DNA from: a virus
IMG/VR virus record: IMGVR_UViG_3300044858_003284
Length of the DNA stretch: 64,000 nt
Strand: one strand, 5' to 3'
This document shows positions 39,782-48,441 of the stretch, piece after piece (positions within the stretch are counted from its first letter, which is position 1; the number at the start of each line of letters is the position of its first letter). The translations under genes were made by a program, and so were the position numbers. The notes under the pieces were generated by a model, which had not been told where the DNA came from, made no database searches, and worked only from the letters and a program-made list of their open reading frames with translations.

Positions 39782-40981
39782 ATGGCTATCTTATCCATTC
39801 CAACATCTATAGCTGGTGTATCGATACCATCAGGTCTATTTAACCCAAATAGTCCACTAGCTTTGCTGTATGGAGGTCTTGGAGTTCAAACATATAAGTA
39901 TCCTTCAGATTTAGCAACAAGTCCATCAAAATCTCATTACGTTCAGTTTTCTATATCAGAAATCATACCAGCACATTACGCTGGTGGTGGCCAAGTTCCT
40001 TTGAATGAAGAATTGATTGAAGGTGAATCTGTTGGTTTACCTGGATTTGGTGGCCTAGTGGGTGAAATAGAATCAATGAGTGGTGAACAAAGCACATGGA
40101 CAGAATCTAGCACAGGTCTTTATGAATTGACCGAGGAATCTGGTGGCGGTGGATTTTTCTCAGAAGTTATAACAAAAGGATTAAAAGTAACTCCTACACG
40201 GACTAAACCTAAAGCATTTGTATCTTTGTATATGCCAGATACAGTCAATGCACAATATAATTCAACATACGATGAATTAAGATTAACAGATTTAGGTTCT
40301 TCAATCAACACACTCAGAACACTTGACCAATTAGCTCAAAGACGGTCTCAAATTGGTGGTTCAGTTATGGATGCATACAATAGTGCTGGTGGCGGTGTAT
40401 CTGGCATTATGAGTGGCCTAAAACAAGTAGGTAACATTGTATCTACTGATCCTGCTGCCATATCTTTAATCACTAAAGGTGTTCTTGGTCGTATTCCTGG
40501 TGTTAATGGTGGTGCTTTAGAAGATGTTATGTTAAAGGGCCAAGGATATGCAATCAATCCACAGTTACAAATGATCTATCGTGGTATTGGTCTAAGAAGT
40601 TTTCAATTGTCATTTGTGTTCACACCAAATTCACAAGGTGAAGCAAATGAAGTAAACTATATTGTTAATCTATTCAAGTATCACTTTGCACCAACATTAA
40701 TCTCCGCAAAAGAAGTTTCTTCAGATTCAATGTATTTGGTGCCGCCATCAATCTTTAATGTTGAGTTTATGATTGATGGTAAAGAAAATCCATTTCTACC
40801 AAAATATGGAAATTGTGTATTAACAGACATTGATATTAATTTTGCACCAAATGGTTGGGCAGCTTACGATGACGGTGCGCCAATACAAACCACACTAACC
40901 ATGACATTTAAAGAAACAGAGATACTCGACAAACTCAAGATACAAAAGGGTTATTACGGTGTCGAAGGAGGTTTACGTTAA
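39782..40981 (+). CDS. gp48: Baseplate tail-tube cap gp48-like
   Basis: LYMP, NPQLQMIYRG...RSF..SF.FTP.S..EA, CVLT.I..N.APNG, L...FKETE. Confidence 0.8.
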   Translation: MAILSIPTSIAGVSIPSGLFNPNSPLALLYGGLGVQTYKYPSDLATSPSKSHYVQFSISEIIPAHYAGGGQVPLNEELIEGESVGLPGFGGLVGEIESMSGEQSTWTESSTGLYELTEESGGGGFFSEVITKGLKVTPTRTKPKAFVSLYMPDTVNAQYNSTYDELRLTDLGSSINTLRTLDQLAQRRSQIGGSVMDAYNSAGGGVSGIMSGLKQVGNIVSTDPAAISLITKGVLGRIPGVNGGALEDVMLKGQGYAINPQLQMIYRGIGLRSFQLSFVFTPNSQGEANEVNYIVNLFKYHFAPTLISAKEVSSDSMYLVPPSIFNVEFMIDGKENPFLPKYGNCVLTDIDINFAPNGWAAYDDGAPIQTTLTMTFKETEILDKLKIQKGYYGVEGGLR

Positions 40982-41613
40982 TGTTATATTTTGAAAATTT
41001 TCCAAAAGTAGCATCGAGTGACTACAAGAACAATGCGGTATTGGCCACAAATTTAATGGCCAGAACAACGTTCATTCCGTCACTTTTAACCAATCCTTTA
41101 TTATTTTATTCTTATGATATACAAGAAGGTGATACACCAGAGATTGTGGCCAGTAAATATTACGGAGATGTGAATAGGCATTGGTTAGTATTGTATGCCA
41201 ATCAAATTATTGATCCACAATGGCAATGGCCTCTTACATCACAACAGTTAAAAATATATATTGAAGATAAGTATGCTGCCGAAGCAGAAGAAGCCGAAGT
41301 ACCAAGCGTTATATCATATGCTCAACAAACAGTAAAGCATTATCAAAAAATATTTGGCACAAACAATAGTGAAGGTGGTAGGACTTCTAGAACAATGATT
41401 ATCGATAAAGAAGAATATGATTCATTGACACCAGAAACAATAACACAAAATTTTGCAAACGGTACTGTTGTTCAAAGAATTATATCGATAAAAGCTTTGA
41501 GTATCTATGATTATGAGGTTGAACTAAATGAAAGAAAAAGAAAAATATATTTGGTCAACAATATCTATGCCTCACAAATAGAAAACCAATTTAAAGAGTT
41601 GATGAGTCAATAA
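40981..41613 (+). CDS. gp53: Baseplate wedge protein gp53
   Basis: YF..FP, Y.I.EGDTPE.VA.KYYG....HW.VL..N.I.DP...WPL, YE...NE.KR.I. Confidence 0.87.
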   Translation: MLYFENFPKVASSDYKNNAVLATNLMARTTFIPSLLTNPLLFYSYDIQEGDTPEIVASKYYGDVNRHWLVLYANQIIDPQWQWPLTSQQLKIYIEDKYAAEAEEAEVPSVISYAQQTVKHYQKIFGTNNSEGGRTSRTMIIDKEEYDSLTPETITQNFANGTVVQRIISIKALSIYDYEVELNERKRKIYLVNNIYASQIENQFKELMSQ

Positions 41614-41616
41614 ACC

Positions 41617-42960
41617 ATGGCAGGTATTCTATATCCTAAGGACTATGCTCTAGTCAATTTGATGTTGGTCAATTCCGTGCAAAACATGGACTTGAAGAAT
41701 ATCATGGTTGAACTATCGTATCACGAAGATATATTCAACAATACTGCTTCAGGATATGTGATGGTTGCAGATTCTATGGGTTATATTGAGTTGTTGAGTA
41801 TGAATGGTACAGAATTTCTGAGAATGACTTTTGCTAAAGTAAATGGTGTGGCGGAAGTTGATAAAACATTCCGTGTATACAAAGTTGATAAAAGAAAACT
41901 TGAAAACAATATGTATACTGAATCGTATTGTTTATATTTTTGTTCAGAAGAAATGTTATTGTCTGAACAATATAAGATTTGTAAATCATATCCACAATCT
42001 ACCATATCTGAAAATGTATATGACATATTGAGTAATGAATTGGGTATACCTGATGATAAAATGGAAATAGATGAAACATATGGTGTATATGATTTCAATA
42101 TACCAACAATCAAACCATTTGATGCAATCAATTGGATGTCAAACTATGCTCGACCATCTTCAGGTGTACCTGGTGCTGACATGGTGTTTTTTGAAAACAA
42201 ATATGGTTTCAATTTTAAGTCGTTACAAAAGTTGATGACACAACCACCATATTATAATTACAGTTATAATCCAAAAAATACCGATGAGAAGAATATGCAC
42301 AGTAATGTATATAATGTTACCACATACGAGATATTGAATTCATTCGATACATTACACGGAATTAATTCGGGAATATTTGCAAATCATTTGTTGTCGATTG
42401 ATGTATTAACACGAAGATTAAAAACAACAGAGTTTGATTATAAATCATATGACAAAAAATCAAAATCTTTGAACAGAGCACCTATTGTCAATGATTATTC
42501 GAATCGATATGGTGACAGTTTAACAGATACATCGAGAGCTGTTTATAAATTAACATTCTCAAATTTTAATCAAAAAATTGTAGAATACATAGAAAATAAT
42601 GGTCGTGATCCTGAAGATGAAGAGGTTGAAGGTGGTACGGTAGAAGGATCAGCAACAGCTGCCGATATATTTGCTGAAACTTATATACCCCATAGAACGG
42701 CACAATTGTCGTTGACCAATTATATTAGAATAAAGATATCGGTGCCTGGAGATCCAGCTTTGACAGTTGGCCAAACTTTAAACTTTTCTTTATTGTCTTT
42801 GACACCAGAATCTAAGAAAGCGGATTCTTACTACTCAGGCAAATATTTGATTACAGCAGTGCGTCATATGATTACTATGAATGAATATAAAACAGTATTG
42901 GAACTGGCCAAAGATAGTGTACCTACAAAGTATGCTGCTTCGGCTGGATTTACAGGATAA
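41617..42960 (+). CDS. Baseplate hub protein (gp27/VgrG N-terminal-like)
   Basis: YHEDIF...SG, FFENKYGFNFKSL, VPGD..L.VG, YSGKYLITAVRH; located between gp53 and gp5. Confidence 0.72.
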   Translation: MAGILYPKDYALVNLMLVNSVQNMDLKNIMVELSYHEDIFNNTASGYVMVADSMGYIELLSMNGTEFLRMTFAKVNGVAEVDKTFRVYKVDKRKLENNMYTESYCLYFCSEEMLLSEQYKICKSYPQSTISENVYDILSNELGIPDDKMEIDETYGVYDFNIPTIKPFDAINWMSNYARPSSGVPGADMVFFENKYGFNFKSLQKLMTQPPYYNYSYNPKNTDEKNMHSNVYNVTTYEILNSFDTLHGINSGIFANHLLSIDVLTRRLKTTEFDYKSYDKKSKSLNRAPIVNDYSNRYGDSLTDTSRAVYKLTFSNFNQKIVEYIENNGRDPEDEEVEGGTVEGSATAADIFAETYIPHRTAQLSLTNYIRIKISVPGDPALTVGQTLNFSLLSLTPESKKADSYYSGKYLITAVRHMITMNEYKTVLELAKDSVPTKYAASAGFTG

Positions 42961-42966
42961 AATGAG

Positions 42967-43425
42967 ATGTCAAAAACAGTTAATAATTTTGCTGGATTAA
43001 ATGGTTTTATTTGGTGGGTTGGTGCTGTAGAGAACCGAGTTGATCCTTTGGGACTAGGTCGTTGCCAAGTGAGGATATTTGGTTGGTATGGTAAAGAAAT
43101 ACCGACAAAGAATTTGCCTTGGGCTCAAGCAGTATATCCAATCAATCACTCAAAACATTTTTCAGCACCGATGTTAGGTGATTGGGTTCTAGGATTCTTT
43201 TTAGATGGTGAAAGTGGTCAAGCACCTTGTATGTTAGGTGTTATGCCGGGTATTTGGCAAGATCCAGATAGTTATAAGTTTGAACAATCTGAAGAACCAG
43301 ATATGACAGATACACAAAAAGAAGAATTTGCTGATCCAGAAGAATTAGAAGGAACAGATCCAAACAATAACGTAGATGCTTATAATGCAGAACCAACAGA
43401 TACACCTGAAGAACCAGAGGAATAA
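42967..43425 (+). CDS. gp5 N-terminal OB-fold domain (stand-alone)
   Basis: FIWWVGAVENRVDPL.LGRCQVRIFG...LPWA, G.WV.GFFLDG...Q.P..LG; acidic tail. Confidence 0.85.
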   Translation: MSKTVNNFAGLNGFIWWVGAVENRVDPLGLGRCQVRIFGWYGKEIPTKNLPWAQAVYPINHSKHFSAPMLGDWVLGFFLDGESGQAPCMLGVMPGIWQDPDSYKFEQSEEPDMTDTQKEEFADPEELEGTDPNNNVDAYNAEPTDTPEEPEE

Positions 43426-43436
43426 GAGGAGATAAA

Positions 43437-44180
43437 ATGCCAGTATTAGCGGAAATCGAATACGATGAAAGTAAATATAATAGTGTCGTAGAAACTAATC
43501 CACCACGACCATTGGTGGTTGGTGATCGTATGAATGTTCCTGGTCGTCCAACAACACCAGAATTAGCCAGAGGTCATAGAAATGGCACAATTGTTTCTTT
43601 TACAAATTATCATACAGTAGCAATTAGTGATCCTAAAGTTACATTACCTTATTATGTAAAAAATCAACACACTGCAATCAGAAATTCAAATCGAACAAAA
43701 AGAGATTCGACAGAGAGTGCACAGTTAAATGAATCGAAAAGTGGCGCTATTAAAACTCAATTGAGTGAAGCAATCAAATGGGTGAAGGCTAAATTGAAGT
43801 TAATAAATAGATTGTTAAAAACGATTGATAACTTTTTCAAAATGTTGGCAACTGTTGTTATGAAAATTAATCAGTTGATAGCATGGATAAAAGCACTGCC
43901 TGTTATGATTGTTCTTTTAATGGCCAAAGTTTTAGCTAGGTTGATTGCAGCTGGTAAATCTGCAGCAGCTGCCGCAATTGGTAAAGTTGGTGGTAGTGGT
44001 TCAAACAAAAGCTCTGGTTCTGAATTTGGTGGCCTATTGAGAGAAACAAAAAGAACTTTGACAGGTGCTGCTTCGGTCGCTAAGAGTGCTCTATTATTAG
44101 GCACCAGTGTTGCATTATTAGCTTCAACATTTTCTGGTTCAGCACCATCAAGCAAAAAGAAAGCTAAAAAAATACTATAA
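43437..44180 (+). CDS. Hypothetical basic, helix-rich protein between the gp5 halves
   Basis: AGGAG RBS; long amphipathic and hydrophobic helices. Confidence 0.7.
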   Translation: MPVLAEIEYDESKYNSVVETNPPRPLVVGDRMNVPGRPTTPELARGHRNGTIVSFTNYHTVAISDPKVTLPYYVKNQHTAIRNSNRTKRDSTESAQLNESKSGAIKTQLSEAIKWVKAKLKLINRLLKTIDNFFKMLATVVMKINQLIAWIKALPVMIVLLMAKVLARLIAAGKSAAAAAIGKVGGSGSNKSSGSEFGGLLRETKRTLTGAASVAKSALLLGTSVALLASTFSGSAPSSKKKAKKIL

Positions 44181-44188
44181 GGTAAATT

Positions 44189-45001
44189 ATGGCAGAACAA
44201 GCGAATAATAGTAGTATTTGGTACACACAGTATGATGTGAGACCAGGAAAATATCCGTATGTGAACATGACACAAACGGAATCTGGCCACATACAAATGA
44301 TGGATGATACACCAGAGAACGAAAGAATTCGAACTCAACATAGAACCGGAACATTTTATGAAATGTTACCTGATGGTTCTACTGAACACATTGTTTTAGG
44401 TGATGGTTTCTCTGTTTACATGAGAGATAGAAACATTGTTATCAAAGGTACCTGTAATATAGAGATTCATGGTGATTCCAAACTTCACGTAATTGGTGAT
44501 TGTTACTCGCAAGTTGATGGTAAGTTATACTCACAAGTTGGTGGTGATGTTAAAATTAACTCAGACGGAAACATTGATATTGTTGCTGCAAAAGAAATTA
44601 CAATTGATGCTGGCGGTGAAGGCGGAGATATTACATTCTCTTGTGAAAATGCTTTGACAATCAAAGGTGACTTGGCCGTATCAGGTAGTATAACAAGTGG
44701 TGGTTCTGTTAATGCAACAACAAACTTAACTTGTGGTTATAAAGTATTCTCACAAGGCGGTATAGATTCGATTGGTGGTGTAAACGTAGGATTTACTGTA
44801 GGCGGTTATGAAAATCCAGCCGGTAAAGTAGTCGCAAACGATTCAGTATTATCACCTCAGGTTACAGGAACAAATACTGTTCAAGGTGGCGTAGTAAAAG
44901 ATTCGATGGGTTCAATGCAATCAACACGAGCAAAATTTAACGGACACAACCATAGTTCTCCAAAAGGTGCAACGTCTGGCCCACTACAACGGATGCCATA
45001 A
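44189..45001 (+). CDS. gp5 C-terminal beta-helix spike protein
   Basis: YPY....TESGH....DDTP..ERI...HRTGT..E..PDG, V.G repeats, terminal HNH iron-binding tip. Confidence 0.83.
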   Translation: MAEQANNSSIWYTQYDVRPGKYPYVNMTQTESGHIQMMDDTPENERIRTQHRTGTFYEMLPDGSTEHIVLGDGFSVYMRDRNIVIKGTCNIEIHGDSKLHVIGDCYSQVDGKLYSQVGGDVKINSDGNIDIVAAKEITIDAGGEGGDITFSCENALTIKGDLAVSGSITSGGSVNATTNLTCGYKVFSQGGIDSIGGVNVGFTVGGYENPAGKVVANDSVLSPQVTGTNTVQGGVVKDSMGSMQSTRAKFNGHNHSSPKGATSGPLQRMP

Positions 45002-45004
45002 CAC

Positions 45005-45952
45005 ATGACATCTTTATTCGATAGATTACAATTTAATTTTGATCAAACTAAGTTTGGCACTAATCTTGATTTATCTGAAGAATCATTAAATACGTTAGAG
45101 TCCATGGCCACCGACATCGAATTGTCTGATTGGCAATTAAATGACATGGCTAACAATAATGTTGTTACTACAAATTATTTTGTTAATCCTATAGCAAACG
45201 TATGTAATAGTATTTCTGCAAATGTTTCAAATTTAATCTCAACAATATATACAATTCCTGATCCTAATCAAAATGTATTGAGTTTATTAACGACATCTCT
45301 GAATTGTATTATTCAATTAGATAGATTTAAATCGCACACAGATAATATATCTGGCATTTCAGAAACCACTGGATCACAAACAATACCAACATATTCTACA
45401 GCAATTGATACAGGACAAGTATTACTGACAATATTAAACAAAACCGATGGATTTGCAAACAGTTTACCTGCTATGGGATCATTTACTAGTTTGTTTATTC
45501 TCGATGAATTATTATCTAATAACATAACGATTGGAGCAAATTGTAATTATTTTATTGCTGCAGCAGGTGGATTTATTGCTTCAACGTCATTAACAGCAGA
45601 TTTAACATCAGTAACATCAGATACAATAACAATAACGGCTGATTCGGGAGGTTTGTCGATTTCAGAAATAAATACAATTAAAAATGAAATAGACAATTTC
45701 AATGCCTTTCTTTACAATAGGTGGACTCACGATTGGACATTTTACGAAAACTCCAATAAACTAATTGATGATTACACAAAGGTAACAAATTTAAGTAATA
45801 TCGGAACAACACAAAAGTTTTTAATTAATAATCACATTGGTACTGAAAAAATTAAAACCGATATTGCCAATAATATTGTGGTCATACCTGTCACGGAGCC
45901 TCCGGTGGTCGTTCCGCCACCATCTTATTATGATTATTTTAATCAATTTTAA
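45005..45952 (+). CDS. Hypothetical virion protein
   Basis: 315 aa ORF within the baseplate operon. Confidence 0.65.
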   Translation: MTSLFDRLQFNFDQTKFGTNLDLSEESLNTLESMATDIELSDWQLNDMANNNVVTTNYFVNPIANVCNSISANVSNLISTIYTIPDPNQNVLSLLTTSLNCIIQLDRFKSHTDNISGISETTGSQTIPTYSTAIDTGQVLLTILNKTDGFANSLPAMGSFTSLFILDELLSNNITIGANCNYFIAAAGGFIASTSLTADLTSVTSDTITITADSGGLSISEINTIKNEIDNFNAFLYNRWTHDWTFYENSNKLIDDYTKVTNLSNIGTTQKFLINNHIGTEKIKTDIANNIVVIPVTEPPVVVPPPSYYDYFNQF

Positions 45953-45967
45953 CGACATAAATATTAA

Positions 45968-46360
45968 ATGGCAACAATTAAGAAACTATACTCCGATTTG
46001 GATTTGACCTTCAGAAGGTTACCTGTGTCAAATGACGTAGCTTTAAGTTACGATGAACAGGCGGTCATTCGTTCAGTCAGAAATCTATTGTTAACCAATT
46101 TTTATGAAAGATTGTTTCAACCAACTCTAGGGTCAAATATTGACACACTTTTGTTTGAACCAATTACAGTCTTAACTGCTGGTCTGATTAAAGCAGAAAT
46201 TCGAAATGTTATTAACAATTTCGAACCAAGAGTTAATATACAGGATATTGTTGTAGATCCAGCACCAGATAAGAATGCTTTTAAAGTTACTTTATCTTTT
46301 TTTATAGGAAACAATACTTTGCCAACAGCATTTAATTTACTTCTTGAAAGGTCAAGATAA
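45968..46360 (+). CDS. gp25: Baseplate wedge subunit gp25
   Basis: YSDLDL.F, AVIRSVRNL.LT...ER.FQP..GS....LFE, FEPRV. Confidence 0.92.
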   Translation: MATIKKLYSDLDLTFRRLPVSNDVALSYDEQAVIRSVRNLLLTNFYERLFQPTLGSNIDTLLFEPITVLTAGLIKAEIRNVINNFEPRVNIQDIVVDPAPDKNAFKVTLSFFIGNNTLPTAFNLLLERSR

Positions 46361-48441
46361 TGGCAACAGCCAATTCTAACATAAAAGTTGCTGATTTAGA
46401 TTTCAGCACTATCAAAAGAAACTTTATACAGTTTCTTCAATCACAAGACACACTCAAAGACTATAACTTTGAGGGTTCAACGATGTCTGTTCTTTTAGAT
46501 GTTCTGGCATACAATACACATTACAATTCTTTCTATTTGAATATGGTTGCCAATGAGATGTTCTTGGATAGTGCTTTACAAAGAGGTTCTGTAGTTTCTC
46601 ATGCCAAACTATTAAACTATGTACCAAGGTCATCGGTCGCACCAACAGCCACCGTCAATATAACTTTTAGTGGTGTTGCCAATAGTTCGTTTACTTTACC
46701 AAAATTTACTAATTTCTTATCCGAAGCCATTAACGGAGTAAACTATAATTTTGTTACAACAGATGCTTCTACTGTGGCTGTGTCAAGTAATACTGCAACA
46801 TTTACAAATGTTCAATTGAAACAAGGTGTGCCCATCACAAGACGTTATACTGTAAACAGCACGACTAATCCTAAGAAAAAATTTGAAATCACAAATACTT
46901 TAATTGACACGACAACATTAAAGGTGTTGGTTCAAGAGAATAGTGGCAATACTGCTTATGACGTATATCAGTCAGCTACAAACTATCTAACACTCGATAA
47001 AGAATCAAAGGTATATTTTCTACAAGAATTAAACAACGGAAACTATGAAATATCTTTTGGTGATGATATACTAGGAAAAGAATTGAGTGACGGTAATATT
47101 ATTACTGTATCATATATTGTAACAGATGGCAGTAAAGCTTCTGGTGCAAATAACTTCTTATTGATGGATCGTGTGCCTGGTTACACATCTCTATCGATAC
47201 AACCAAGAGTTAGAGCTTCTCAAGGATCGCCAAAAGAAACCATAGAGTCAATTAAATATCAGGCAGTCAAGTCATATTCAGCACAAAATCGTGCGGTATC
47301 TAAAAATGATTATATTTCTGCCATTCAACAGAATGATTTAGGTTTTTCTTTTGATGCTGTTAACGTATGGGGCGGAGAAGAAAATGAACCGCCAGTCTAT
47401 GGTCAAGTGTTTATCTCATTGAAACCAACAGGTGGTTACAGTTTAACACAGGTACAAAAGCAAAGAATTGCTGATGATGTTATCAAACCAATTAGTGTTC
47501 TAACTGTTACACCAACGATTGTTGATCCGGATTACACATATATCAAACTGGATGTCAATGTGTATTATGATCCAACAAAAACATCTCTATCTGCTTCCGA
47601 AATGCAAGTGGGTATTAAAAATGCCATAGCAGCTTTTGGTAGAAGGACTTTGAATACATTCAATTCAACATTTAGTAGTTATGATTTGTTGAACACAATT
47701 CAATCTTTTAATAATTCTGTTATCACCAGTGATTATAAAATAAAGTTACAGAAAAAGTTTTATCCGAATCTGTCAACACCAACTACATATAAACTTTATT
47801 ACAATGTGCCTTTACAAAAAGGATTGTTTCAATCTGGTACAAGCAGTTCACCAACTCTACAATATCTAGATCCAGCCAATCCACAGAGAACAATTAATAA
47901 TGTATACATTGACGAAGTTCCTGTTGCAACTTTTGGTGTCGAATCGATTTCAGTTATTAATCCTGGTTACGGTTATCAATATGCACCAAAGATTGATATT
48001 CTAGGTGATGGCACCGGTGCAACAGCAATGGCCGTTATGGCTAGTGGAAGTATAAAAAATGTTGTCATTACAAATGCCGGTAATAATTATACAAGTGCAA
48101 TCGCCACAGTAACTCCACAACCAGGAGATACAACAGGACAATTAGGTTCTTTAGTTGTCAATCTTGAAGGTAAGTATGGAACATTAAGAACATATTATAA
48201 TAACAATAACAACGCTAAAACTGTTTTAGATAATAACATTGGTAATATAGAATATGATAAAGGTATTATAACTTTAGATGCTTTCAAACCCGTTAGTGTC
48301 AATAATGAATTTGGTTTATTAACAGTTACGGCAACACCAACGGTTGCAACAATTTCATCTTCTTACAATAGAATTGTTACAATTGATGAATATGATTCGA
48401 ATGCAATTACTGTCAATGTTATACCTAGAACCAACTTTTAA
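46360..48441 (+). CDS. gp6: Baseplate wedge subunit gp6
   Basis: LDF..IK, DYNFEGS...LLDVLAYNTHY, NEMFLDSA..R.SVVSHAK, QNRAV...DY, WGGE.N.PP.YG.VFI. Confidence 0.93.
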   Translation: MATANSNIKVADLDFSTIKRNFIQFLQSQDTLKDYNFEGSTMSVLLDVLAYNTHYNSFYLNMVANEMFLDSALQRGSVVSHAKLLNYVPRSSVAPTATVNITFSGVANSSFTLPKFTNFLSEAINGVNYNFVTTDASTVAVSSNTATFTNVQLKQGVPITRRYTVNSTTNPKKKFEITNTLIDTTTLKVLVQENSGNTAYDVYQSATNYLTLDKESKVYFLQELNNGNYEISFGDDILGKELSDGNIITVSYIVTDGSKASGANNFLLMDRVPGYTSLSIQPRVRASQGSPKETIESIKYQAVKSYSAQNRAVSKNDYISAIQQNDLGFSFDAVNVWGGEENEPPVYGQVFISLKPTGGYSLTQVQKQRIADDVIKPISVLTVTPTIVDPDYTYIKLDVNVYYDPTKTSLSASEMQVGIKNAIAAFGRRTLNTFNSTFSSYDLLNTIQSFNNSVITSDYKIKLQKKFYPNLSTPTTYKLYYNVPLQKGLFQSGTSSSPTLQYLDPANPQRTINNVYIDEVPVATFGVESISVINPGYGYQYAPKIDILGDGTGATAMAVMASGSIKNVVITNAGNNYTSAIATVTPQPGDTTGQLGSLVVNLEGKYGTLRTYYNNNNNAKTVLDNNIGNIEYDKGIITLDAFKPVSVNNEFGLLTVTATPTVATISSSYNRIVTIDEYDSNAITVNVIPRTNF

